64,000 nt of DNA from a candidate division WOR-3 bacterium (lineage in GTDB: Bacteria > Hydrothermota > Hydrothermia > JBDRYB01). Each line of letters begins with the position of its first letter. The first letter of the stretch is position 1. This document shows positions 29,158-38,125 of this stretch, piece after piece. The position numbers and the translations under genes are program-made. The notes beneath the pieces were generated by a model. That model saw only the letters and a list, made by a program, of their open reading frames with translations. It had not been told where the DNA came from and made no database searches. Location: contig JBDRYB010000001.1 in the NCBI GenBank assembly GCA_039803205.1, positions 331,413 to 395,412 of the forward strand. Direction: 5' to 3'.

Positions 29158-31011
29158 TTATTTGCCCTGGAATCGCGGCGGCCACCCCAATCTTGATTCC
29201 ATCTTCAGCTCATTCTTGAACTGCTCCGTAAAATCTTCGTAAAGCTTCTTGGCCCTTTCTGGCATTTTAAGCCGAATTAGGGCTTTCATGGCCATCTCGC
29301 AAGCATCCTCAGAAAAAGGCCTGATAGAAAGCGCTCTTTCGGCAAACCTCAGAGCCTGCTCTGGTTCCTCATCAAGCGAGTATTCGGCCATTCTGGTATA
29401 AACGAGACTGGTAAGTTCCCTCACCTCATCCCTAATATCCTCCAGGAAACCCGGCCTCCAACCCTCCAAAAAATCTCCCCTTATCAGGCTAAGGGCTTTC
29501 TCGTAAATAGGCCTTGCCTCGCTGGTAGGGGCCGAAGCCTCTACTGCCTTGGCCGTGTTCACGAGGTTTCTGAGTTCATCAAGGTCTGTCCGTATTTCAC
29601 AGCCTATCCACGCGCTGGTATGGGATTTATGAGGCTTTATAGCTACGCCCTGGTTCCTGAGGATGGCCCTGGCAAGAGCCGTGAACTTGTAGTAGTTCCT
29701 TCTCGCCCTTTCCAAAGGAAGGCGTGGCCAGAACTCCTGTATGATCCTCTCCCTTGTCAACTCGCCTTTGGCATGAAGGGCAAAGAAAACGAGAACCTCG
29801 CCTGGTCTCCCCTTCTCAAGATGAAAGCGTCCGCGAGGGGTCTCAATCGCGGGTTGTCCCATAACCAAAAGCTTCATCCTGGCCTGTTTGGAACGAGGGC
29901 TCAGCTTCTCAGCTATTTCTCTCAATTCCATTTTATCCGGGAAAACCGAAAGAGCTAGCATGAAGGGTGTAGGCACGGCGTGGGCTATGTAGGAGATGTA
30001 ACCCCAAAGTTCGTGTTCTTTTGTTAGGTTCATCAATGTTTTAATATCCTCCAGGGAATCGCTTTCCAGACCTAATTTGTTCTTGACCGCTATCTTTGCC
30101 CATTTGGCCCAAAGCATGGCCACCCCAAAACCACGGGTCCTCGCCTCAGCTTCTATCTCTTCTATCCTCATCAACGAATCGCCGTTTTGAGGCAAAACAG
30201 ACTCTTTTATAGCCTTTATCTCAAGCGTTGTTTTTAGTCTTCCTACCCTCGCGGCCGAGTTCTCCCCGAGCTCCAGATATAGATTTGCTCTATCAATGTC
30301 CCCCTCAGTTGCGAAGACGATCCCGAGGGACGCAAGGCAGGTAGAAAGCTCCATGGCGGCACCGTGGGCCTTCCTAACCTCCTCTAATGCTTGATTGATG
30401 TGTCGCTTAGCCCTTTCGTATTCGCCCATGCAGATATAACAGAATCCGAGGATATCGTTTTTCACGGCCTCAATCGGAGGAGTATCCTTGGGGCTGTTCG
30501 TGATGAGCTCCACGGTTTCGCGAAAACGCCCTGTCCCGGCCAGCGCCTCTGCCTTCAAGAGCATAGCTGTGGGATCCGTCAGCTTTAGCCCCTCAAGCAG
30601 TTCCAGGGAGTACTCCGGCTCCCCGCGGACCAGGGCCAAGCGCGCCTTGCTCACAAGAGCCACATCTCTCCACTCCATATCCTCAATCTCTTTCACTAAT
30701 CTGGACGCCTCTTTCAGCCTCCCTTGTTCAAGGAGTATCTCTATGTAACCCCGAAGGAACCAAACATATGGCGTTATATCCCCCTTCTTTATGGAAGCAC
30801 TCTTGAGCTTCTGGATGCCCCTCTTGAGAACCTCGGATTCTCCTATTGGGGCGAAGATGTGGGACATGAATATTAAGGCCTGAGCCGCTCCACGCGGGTC
30901 ATCTTCCCCCAGGCAATCGTTAAAGAGGCTTGCGGCAAAGGAGAGAGCTTCATCCGTTTCGCCCCCTTTCCAGAGGAGCCTAAACTTCTGGGCTTTTTGT
31001 CTGTCTAACAT
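29158..31011 (-). CDS. TPR + SARP-family regulator C with full BTAD
   Basis: LLVMGQPAI...TRERIIQEFWP...TDLDEL...ALSLIRGDFLEG...ALSIRPFSEDACEMAMKA; start reassigned to ATG 31011 (TATAAT + 6 nt). Confidence 0.8.
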   Translation of the reverse strand: MLDRQKAQKFRLLWKGGETDEALSFAASLFNDCLGEDDPRGAAQALIFMSHIFAPIGESEVLKRGIQKLKSASIKKGDITPYVWFLRGYIEILLEQGRLKEASRLVKEIEDMEWRDVALVSKARLALVRGEPEYSLELLEGLKLTDPTAMLLKAEALAGTGRFRETVELITNSPKDTPPIEAVKNDILGFCYICMGEYERAKRHINQALEEVRKAHGAAMELSTCLASLGIVFATEGDIDRANLYLELGENSAARVGRLKTTLEIKAIKESVLPQNGDSLMRIEEIEAEARTRGFGVAMLWAKWAKIAVKNKLGLESDSLEDIKTLMNLTKEHELWGYISYIAHAVPTPFMLALSVFPDKMELREIAEKLSPRSKQARMKLLVMGQPAIETPRGRFHLEKGRPGEVLVFFALHAKGELTRERIIQEFWPRLPLERARRNYYKFTALARAILRNQGVAIKPHKSHTSAWIGCEIRTDLDELRNLVNTAKAVEASAPTSEARPIYEKALSLIRGDFLEGWRPGFLEDIRDEVRELTSLVYTRMAEYSLDEEPEQALRFAERALSIRPFSEDACEMAMKALIRLKMPERAKKLYEDFTEQFKNELKMESRLGWPPRFQGK

Positions 31012-31039
31012 GCTTAAATTATAGAGCTCCCGGGTTTCG

Positions 31040-31080
31040 GGAAACATTTCTGGAAAGCTTCCATTACAAAATTTAGACCT
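31040..31080 (+). promoter_or_regulatory. Promoter of propeller C (motif shared with 34263-34304)
   Basis: GGAAACATTTctGGAAAGCTTCCATTaCAAAATTTA. Confidence 0.65.
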
Positions 31081-31100
31081 TGCTCATGTGAGGTGATAAC

Positions 31101-32645
31101 ATGATAAACGCACATATAATCGTAACGGCCTTGATGGGCCAGGTCCTTGGAATCTGGCCCATGTGGGGCGGAGAACCTACCCATAGGTCCGTCCAGCTCA
31201 TGAGGGGAGCCATAACAACCCCCGTGATAAAGTGGGGATTCGGCGCATCCAGCTATGTTGAACGCCAGTTTGCCGCTGTGGCCGATGCAGACGGTGATGG
31301 GCATGCTGATGTTGTTTTTGGTTCAAGGGACGGTAAGGTCTACTGTCTCAGAGGCACTAACGGAACAAAGATATGGGACTTCCAAACCGGAAATCAGATT
31401 GTAGGGGTCGTCGCTTCACCAACAGTAGCTGATGTAGATGGAGATGGTGCTAAAGAGGTTGTCGTTGGCTCTGCGGATAGCTATTTCTACTGCATTAGAG
31501 GAAGTGATGGCGTAACAAAATGGATGTTTCAGGTAACCCCGAATAACTATGTTCTGAGCTCGGCGGCTGTGGTTGACCTCGATAGCGATGGGCATATGGA
31601 GGTTATTTTCGGAAGCAACGACACGAGGGTTTACTGTCTGAACGGCACTGATGGCACCATCAAGTGGACATTTACCACTGGAAATTGGGTCCAGTCCTGT
31701 CCTGCCGTGGCCGACTGCGATGGGGATGGTTCCCTAGAGGTGGTCATAGGCTCCTATGACCACAAGGTCTATTGCCTTGCTGGCTCAGACGGAACCCAGA
31801 AGTGGGCATTTACAACAGGAGGCACAGTGTTCTCATCTCCAGCAATAGCTGATGTTGATGGCGATGGGGCTCTTGAGGTCGTGATAGGTAGTTGGGATCA
31901 AAAAATCTACTGCCTGCGCGGATCAGACGGCACCCAAAAATGGGCCTATACAACCCTGGCTTCAGTGAGCGCCTCCCCTTCCCTGGGAGATGTTGATGCT
32001 GATGGGAAATTAGAGGTATTGATAGGTTCAGAGGACCTCAGGGTCTACTGCCTCAGGGGAAGCGATGGCTCTGCGAAATGGATACGCACCATGCCGGGCA
32101 GAGTTTTACATCCAGGCGCTCTGGTTGATCTTGATGGGGACAACAAGCTTGAATACCTCGTATCCCAGCGGTATCAACATCCTGATACCCTCTTTTGTCT
32201 TAACGCTGAGGATGGCTCGATGGTTTGGAAGATAGCCTTAGCTTATTGGATCAACGGGCCTTTTGCCGCTGATGTTGATGATGATAGCTGCATTGAGTTA
32301 GTTGTGGGAACCTACTATTCAACGAATCTGCCTTCTGAGTTGACCGTGATAGATGATCCCTATGACAGCACGAACTGTGGACAGGTTACTGGCCTTGATG
32401 AGAGCGGTTTTGACAAGGGTTTTGAATTCAGGCCGATCGGCAAAAGCCTGTATCTCTTCAACTCATCCCCAATCCAGGTTCAGTTGGAGATATACGATCC
32501 CTCAGGCAGGCTCGTCCAAGGGCTTTACAACGGGCTCCTCCTACCAGGCGCCCACACCTTTTCCCCAATCCTAAGGACAGGTGGTATTTATCTGGCCGTG
32601 CTCAGGCACACCGGGGGCACGAAAACCATTAAGGTGGTAAGATGA
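31101..32645 (+). CDS. Secreted FG-GAP/PQQ-like beta-propeller protein C with T9SS-like C-terminal domain
   Basis: Same repeats and C-terminal domain as A and B; SD GAGGTG. Confidence 0.85.
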   Translation: MINAHIIVTALMGQVLGIWPMWGGEPTHRSVQLMRGAITTPVIKWGFGASSYVERQFAAVADADGDGHADVVFGSRDGKVYCLRGTNGTKIWDFQTGNQIVGVVASPTVADVDGDGAKEVVVGSADSYFYCIRGSDGVTKWMFQVTPNNYVLSSAAVVDLDSDGHMEVIFGSNDTRVYCLNGTDGTIKWTFTTGNWVQSCPAVADCDGDGSLEVVIGSYDHKVYCLAGSDGTQKWAFTTGGTVFSSPAIADVDGDGALEVVIGSWDQKIYCLRGSDGTQKWAYTTLASVSASPSLGDVDADGKLEVLIGSEDLRVYCLRGSDGSAKWIRTMPGRVLHPGALVDLDGDNKLEYLVSQRYQHPDTLFCLNAEDGSMVWKIALAYWINGPFAADVDDDSCIELVVGTYYSTNLPSELTVIDDPYDSTNCGQVTGLDESGFDKGFEFRPIGKSLYLFNSSPIQVQLEIYDPSGRLVQGLYNGLLLPGAHTFSPILRTGGIYLAVLRHTGGTKTIKVVR

Positions 32646-32653
32646 AGGAACCG

Positions 32654-32700
32654 GGCCGGCCGTGGAAACCTTGCACCTCCCGTATAAGCCGCGGCCGGCC
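32654..32700 (+). ncRNA. Large-loop hairpin H3 (CACCTCCCG loop), no adjacent U-tract
   Basis: GGCCGGCCGTGG-aaaccttgCACCTCCCGtataag-CCGCGGCCGGCC. Confidence 0.65.
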
Positions 32701-32727
32701 ACGCTTTCCTTTCAGAAGGCCTTTCCC

Positions 32728-34263
32728 ATGACTTGCCTACCCGGACCTGTTTTTCTTTTAAATATGGTTCTGTGGGCCAAGGCCTTCGGCGGTTCCGGAG
32801 GAGAAAGTGCCTTCTCGTCGGCCCTAATCTCAAACGGGAAAATCCTCATCGCCGGATCAACCACCAGCTTTGGGCTCAACTACCCTGATTTTCTCTTAAT
32901 CATGCTTCAGCCTGATGGCTCTGTTTCCTGGGCAAAGACCTACGCGGGGAGCATGTATGATTACCCATATTCCGTGATCCCAAACCCATACTCCGGTGGT
33001 TTCACTATAGCGGGCTGTATGAATTTCCGAGGGAGGGGATATGACGACATTTGCGTTATGGATCTCTTACCTGATGGATCTGTCAATTGGGAAAGGGTAT
33101 TCTGGGGCTCAGATCACGATGTGGCTCGTGCCGTGGTTCGGTCCGCTGATGGAGGGTTCCTGATCGGCGGAATGACCAGAAATTTCCTCGCGAGGAGCTA
33201 TGACCTGGTTATATTGAAACTCTCATCTGATGCCCAACTCCTATGGAGCAGAATACTCCGCGGGATTGGGTTTAGCGATGACCGCATATATTCCCTCATT
33301 CCAACATCTGACAGTGGGGTCATTGCAGTGGGGTGGGGTTCCAACGGTGCGGTCGGCGGATATGACATTATCGTATTGAAGATCGCGCAGAATGGCTCCA
33401 TGGTGTGGGGAAAGTATATAGGAACCCCTGGGTTTGACTACGGGTGGTCTGGCGTAAAAACCGACGATGGTGGCTTGATGCTCCTTGCTTCAACCGACGG
33501 TTCCGGGGCTGGGGGCACGGATATCTTGATCCTGAAGCTCTCCCCTGATGGTTCTCCTGAATGGGCCAAGACAATTGGGGGTCCAGCAAACGATTACGGT
33601 TGGAGTATGATCCGGACCAACGACAGCGGATACGCCATTATTGGCCAGACCGAGAGTTTTGGGGCCGGAGGCGCTGATCTTTTTCTGCTTAAGCTGGGGC
33701 CGGATCTTTCTTTGGCTTGGGCCAGCACCTACGGCACTTCAAGGAGAGATGTTGGGAGCTCTCTTGTCCAGCTTCCTGACGAGAGCCTAGTGCTTTTCGC
33801 TACTACAGACATAGGAAACTACAACCATGATTATCTGGTAATGAGGGTTGAGCCGTCAGGAGGCTATCCAGGGTGTCTAAGCCCCTGCACTCCTACCACA
33901 TCTTATGCGAGCCTGGGCGTGTCGCCAATTTCGCCAGATAGCCTTCAGAGCTTCACCCCCAATGTCCTGGATACTCTGCCAGCAGTAACAGATCAAAACC
34001 CCTCGGTTACCAATGTCTGCGAGCCAGTTTATGAGGAAATCAATGAGACTCAAAGTGATCCGGGAATCCCAATGGTGTGCCTTTCGTTGTCAGGAGGGAT
34101 CCTCATAAGATCATACCTTGAGACTGATATAAGTATTTATTCCTCTGATGGCAGACTGAGCTACTCAGGGAACCTCAAAAAAGGCGAAAGCCGAATCTCG
34201 CTCGGAAAAGGCGTTTATTTCTGGAGAGCAGGGGTTTACAGGGGTAAGGCTGTTGTATGGTAG
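32728..34263 (+). CDS. Secreted beta-propeller repeat protein (WxKTYGG...DGG...G.T.SFGAG type) with T9SS-like C-terminal domain
   Basis: Repeats such as WAKTIGGPANDYGWSMIRTNDSGYAIIGQTESFGAG; C-terminal IYSSDGRL...GVYFW...KAVVW; start uncertain. Confidence 0.75.
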   Translation: MTCLPGPVFLLNMVLWAKAFGGSGGESAFSSALISNGKILIAGSTTSFGLNYPDFLLIMLQPDGSVSWAKTYAGSMYDYPYSVIPNPYSGGFTIAGCMNFRGRGYDDICVMDLLPDGSVNWERVFWGSDHDVARAVVRSADGGFLIGGMTRNFLARSYDLVILKLSSDAQLLWSRILRGIGFSDDRIYSLIPTSDSGVIAVGWGSNGAVGGYDIIVLKIAQNGSMVWGKYIGTPGFDYGWSGVKTDDGGLMLLASTDGSGAGGTDILILKLSPDGSPEWAKTIGGPANDYGWSMIRTNDSGYAIIGQTESFGAGGADLFLLKLGPDLSLAWASTYGTSRRDVGSSLVQLPDESLVLFATTDIGNYNHDYLVMRVEPSGGYPGCLSPCTPTTSYASLGVSPISPDSLQSFTPNVLDTLPAVTDQNPSVTNVCEPVYEEINETQSDPGIPMVCLSLSGGILIRSYLETDISIYSSDGRLSYSGNLKKGESRISLGKGVYFWRAGVYRGKAVVW

Positions 34264-34304
34264 GAAACATTTTGGGGAACATTCCATTTTAAAATTTAAA
34301 ACCT
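34263..34304 (+). promoter_or_regulatory. Promoter of propeller D (copy of the C promoter motif)
   Basis: GGAAACATTTtgGGGAACATTCCATTtTAAAATTTA. Confidence 0.65.
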
Positions 34305-34322
34305 AAGACTGGAGGCATTGAC

Positions 34323-35828
34323 ATGATGAATATACATCTCATAACTAATCTGTTGGTCTGCCAGGCCCCTGGGACATGGCCCATGTGGGGTTACAACCCA
34401 GCGCACTGGGCAGTTCAACCGGTGCCCGGCGCGCACGCAACAGCTCCTGTTGTTAAGTGGATTATCTCAGTAGGGAATCAGATTCAGTGGCTTTTTTCTG
34501 CTACCAGTGATGTTGACCAGGACGGCCTGAATGAGGTTCTGGCTGGTTCTTTTTCCGGAAATTTTTACTGCCTGAACGGAACGACCGGAGCACAGAAATG
34601 GATCTTCAACGCTGGATCTGTTGTAGAATCGTGTCCCGCTGTCGCGGACATGGCCGGAGATGGTTCAGTGGAGGTAGTCTTCGGCACTTGGGGCGGAAAA
34701 GTCTATTGCCTCAGGGGCACGGATGGCACCAAGAAATGGGAATACACCACCTCTTATCAGTTCCACCACGGCCCAGTTGTGGTTGATTGCGACGGGGATG
34801 GCGATCTAGATGTGGTAATAGGGAATACGGTGGGAAGTGTATATTGCTTTGATGGTGAAACAGGTGGGCTTATATGGAATACTTTCCTCCTCTACAACAG
34901 CTATCTAGAGAACTCTTCACCCGCGGCCGGGGACATAGATGGGGACGGCCAGATAGAGGTAGTAATAGGTACCGCCCAGGGCATCTATTCCCTGAATGCC
35001 TCAACCGGAGCCGTAGAGTGGTTATCATCCAAAGGCGATTGCGGCAACTCTTCCCCTGGATTAGCTGACTGCGATGGGGATGGCGCTATTGAGGTGGTGA
35101 TAGGTTCTGCGGACTACAATATCTACTGCCTTAATGGTCAAACCGGAGCCGAGGAGTGGAGGTATACTACCGGAGGAATTGTTTGGTCTTCTCCGGTAAT
35201 TCTTGATGCTGACGGAGATGGGCTTCTTGAGATAATAATAGGGAGCTTTGACGGCTACGCTTACTGTCTGAGCGGGGAATCCGGAACCCTCCAGTGGAGA
35301 ACGCAGGTCGGTGAAATCCGCGTGGGCATCCCTGCTGGGGATGTGGACGGCGACAACAAATACGAGGTAATTATAGGAAATAACAGCGGATACACATGTC
35401 TCAACGCTGAGAACGGTTCTGTTCTCTGGACATCAGCACCATCTAGTGGGGGAAGGAGTATCTATCTCGCTGATGCGGATATGGACGGCTGTGTTGAGAT
35501 CGTAGGCGGGTCAACGGGCTACAACATATATGTGCTCGATGATCCCGGAAACTCATCAGGCTGCATGAGCGTGGGAGAACATGAAGGGCCTGGAGGGTAT
35601 TCCCTTGAGTTCAGGCCATTGTCTTGTGGCCTTTACCTTTTCCTGCCGAGCCATGTGCAGGTTTCCCTCTCCCTCTACGACGCTCAGGGCAGGCTCGTTC
35701 AGAACCTTTATGAAGGCCTCCTGAGCCCCGGCGGCCACACCTTCATCCCGAAAGCAGAGGGGAAGAGCGTTTATTTAGCGGTTCTAAGGTATCCCGGAGG
35801 GATAAAAACCGCCAAAATGATCAGATAA
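34323..35828 (+). CDS. Secreted FG-GAP/PQQ-like beta-propeller protein D with T9SS-like C-terminal domain
   Basis: Same architecture as A-C; SD GGAGG. Confidence 0.85.
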   Translation: MMNIHLITNLLVCQAPGTWPMWGYNPAHWAVQPVPGAHATAPVVKWIISVGNQIQWLFSATSDVDQDGLNEVLAGSFSGNFYCLNGTTGAQKWIFNAGSVVESCPAVADMAGDGSVEVVFGTWGGKVYCLRGTDGTKKWEYTTSYQFHHGPVVVDCDGDGDLDVVIGNTVGSVYCFDGETGGLIWNTFLLYNSYLENSSPAAGDIDGDGQIEVVIGTAQGIYSLNASTGAVEWLSSKGDCGNSSPGLADCDGDGAIEVVIGSADYNIYCLNGQTGAEEWRYTTGGIVWSSPVILDADGDGLLEIIIGSFDGYAYCLSGESGTLQWRTQVGEIRVGIPAGDVDGDNKYEVIIGNNSGYTCLNAENGSVLWTSAPSSGGRSIYLADADMDGCVEIVGGSTGYNIYVLDDPGNSSGCMSVGEHEGPGGYSLEFRPLSCGLYLFLPSHVQVSLSLYDAQGRLVQNLYEGLLSPGGHTFIPKAEGKSVYLAVLRYPGGIKTAKMIR

Positions 35829-35835
35829 TCTTCCT

Positions 35836-35884
35836 AACCCCGGCCGGCGAAAACCCTACACCTCCCGAGCTGGCCGGGGTTTTT
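35836..35884 (+). terminator. Large-loop hairpin H4 (CACCTCCCG loop)
   Basis: AACCCCGGCCGGC-gaaaacccta CACCTCCCG a-GCTGGCCGGGGTTTT. Confidence 0.8.
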
Positions 35885-36320
35885 ATTTCCCCTCGTATCC
35901 CGCTATCTTTCTCAACCGCCTCTCGTGCCTTCCTCCCTCAAACGGGGTGTCAAGAAAAACCCTGACCATCTCCTGAGCCTCGGCAGGCGGGGTTTCCCCC
36001 GAAAGGGTCATCACATTAGCGTTATTGTGCCGCCTGCACATCTCCGCGTCCCTAACCGAACAGCATCTCGCGGCTATAACGCCCTTGACCTTGTTCGCGG
36101 CTATTGACATGCCTATCCCGGTTCCACAGATCAGAATGCCCCTCTCGCACCTACCAGAAGCAACGGCCTCTGAGGCGTCTATGGCGGGATCTGGATAATC
36201 CGAGGGTTCTGAATCCGGAGCGCCGAAGTCAACCGGGTCATGGCCGAGCTCGTCCAGGAATGCCTTTATCCTCTCCTTCAGAAAGAATCCCCTGTGATCA
36301 GCCCCGAGAGCGACCCTCAT
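35883..36320 (-). CDS. rpiB: Ribose-5-phosphate isomerase B
   Basis: GADHRG, ICGTGIGMSIAANK, FEGGRH. Confidence 0.97.
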   Translation of the reverse strand: MRVALGADHRGFFLKERIKAFLDELGHDPVDFGAPDSEPSDYPDPAIDASEAVASGRCERGILICGTGIGMSIAANKVKGVIAARCCSVRDAEMCRRHNNANVMTLSGETPPAEAQEMVRVFLDTPFEGGRHERRLRKIAGYEGK

Positions 36321-36327
36321 CGCCTAC

Positions 36328-37368
36328 TCACTGGTAGACATAGCAGTGCCAGCCGAACCTGTCCTCAGCCTTGCCCTCTATGATGTCAAAGAAGGCCTTT
36401 TGAAGCTTCGTGGTTATCGGTCCACGCCTGCCTTCGCCTATGGTTGTCCCATCAACGGAGCGTATCGGCGTTATCTCAGCGGCCGTGCCTGTGAAGAAGG
36501 CCTCGTCAGCGATGTAAAGCATCTCCCTGGGCAAAAACTCCTCCCTGACCTCTATCCCCATCTCCTTAGCCAAGGTTATCACGGAGTTTCTGGTGATTCC
36601 TGGGAGGATTATTGAACCAAGGCAAGGGGTCCAAAGAACACCGTCAAGGACAATGAAGATGTTCTCACCAGAGCCCTCGGAGATGAAGCCGAATGGGTTG
36701 AGGGAGATCCCTTCCTCCATTTTAAGGAAATCCTCGCTCAGATTTAAATCCTCCTCTTTCTTTTTCAGGCTCTCACTCTTCTCGTATCTAGAGAGTACCG
36801 CATCTATCTTTGCAAGAGCGCTGTTCGCGTAGTTGGCCGTGCACTTGGCCATAGAGGGGAAGGTGTTGGGGGCCATTCTCTGCCAGGACGAGAACTTCAC
36901 ATCAACGCCGTTCTCAAGAGCCTCTGGGCCCAGGTATCTTCCCCACTTCCATGTCGCTATAAAGATTTCAACTGGACATTGAAGAGGGTTAACGCCCAGG
37001 GTATAGTATCCTCTGTATACGACAGGCCTTATATACCAAGGCGTTTTATCCTCCCTGAGCTTGGGATCAGCCTCCTCGTTCCTCCTTATGAGCTCCTTCG
37101 TTATCTCAACCAGCTCCTCGGCCGTGTATTTAAGCTCCATCCTGTATATCTTGGCAGATCTGAGGATGCGTTTGAAATGGTCAAGCGCCCTGAAGATTGA
37201 GGGGCCCTTCGGGGTCATGTAAGCCCTTATCCCCTCAAAGACTCCGGTGCCGTAGTGAAAGGCGTGGGTGAGGACATGAATCCTGGCCTCATCCCAGGCC
37301 ACGAACTCGCCGTTCATCCATATATAAGTGGTTGCGGGAATTGGACTGGGTTTTGTTGATTCCGACAT
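36328..37368 (-). CDS. ilvE: Branched-chain amino acid aminotransferase
   Basis: HYGTGVFEGIRAY, SEGSGENIF, ILPGITR, TGTAAEITP. Confidence 0.96.
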   Translation of the reverse strand: MSESTKPSPIPATTYIWMNGEFVAWDEARIHVLTHAFHYGTGVFEGIRAYMTPKGPSIFRALDHFKRILRSAKIYRMELKYTAEELVEITKELIRRNEEADPKLREDKTPWYIRPVVYRGYYTLGVNPLQCPVEIFIATWKWGRYLGPEALENGVDVKFSSWQRMAPNTFPSMAKCTANYANSALAKIDAVLSRYEKSESLKKKEEDLNLSEDFLKMEEGISLNPFGFISEGSGENIFIVLDGVLWTPCLGSIILPGITRNSVITLAKEMGIEVREEFLPREMLYIADEAFFTGTAAEITPIRSVDGTTIGEGRRGPITTKLQKAFFDIIEGKAEDRFGWHCYVYQ

Positions 37369-37450
37369 GTTACCTCCTTAAAGGGAGACCTAATTATAAA
37401 CCAAACCTAAAGGGTTGAACAACGGCAAGCATAGGCCCTATATTATTCCT

Positions 37451-38122
37451 ATGAATGTCTCTTCTGCCATTTCTGCTTGGAGGAGCATAAGGCGTTTCAG
37501 GCCAGATCCCGTTCCGGAGGAAGCCATCCTGAGATTACTTGAGGCGGCACGCAGGGCACCGAGCTGGGAGAATCTTCAGCCCTGGCGGTTCATCGTGATA
37601 ACGGATCCCGGGGTCAAGGAGAGGCTATGCGCGCTCGCGTTCAAACAAAGGGCAATCACGAGAGCCCCTGTCGTTATAGCCTGCTGTGGGGACACATCGG
37701 TCTGGGAGCGAGAGAGCCAGCGAAAGTCCCTGCAAGAGCTCAGGGACGCGGGGGTTGTCTCGGCTTCGGATGAGGTAATAGAGAGCCTGTTTCTCTCAAC
37801 CAGGAGCTTCGCGCCCCAGCTCTGCGGCCAGCCCGGCGTTCTCGCGAGAACATTTGAGGCAGTCTCTTACGCCATCGCGTTCATGCTCCTTGAGGCCGTA
37901 GAGGAGGGCCTGGGAGCGTGCGTTGTTGGCGCTTTCGGGAACGAGCTAACACAGGACAAGCTTGAGGATTACATGAGCCTCAAGAGGGAACTTGGGATTC
38001 CGGATCCCTGCATCCTAATAGCTATCCTGTGCATCGGCTATCCGGACGAATCCCCGGGGCCAAGGCCCCGCAAGCCCCTCTCGGGGATAGCTTTCAGGGA
38101 GAGATGGGGAAGGGGGTTTTGA
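37451..38122 (+). CDS. Nitroreductase family protein
   Basis: RSIRRF, APSWENLQPWRFIV; start ATG 37451 (TATATT + 6 nt). Confidence 0.9.
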   Translation: MNVSSAISAWRSIRRFRPDPVPEEAILRLLEAARRAPSWENLQPWRFIVITDPGVKERLCALAFKQRAITRAPVVIACCGDTSVWERESQRKSLQELRDAGVVSASDEVIESLFLSTRSFAPQLCGQPGVLARTFEAVSYAIAFMLLEAVEEGLGACVVGAFGNELTQDKLEDYMSLKRELGIPDPCILIAILCIGYPDESPGPRPRKPLSGIAFRERWGRGF

Positions 38123-38125
38123 TCC

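Noticed and set aside
25832..35884. tRNA-Ser-integrated genomic island
   Set aside because: No integrase and no duplicated tRNA 3' end seen at the far boundary
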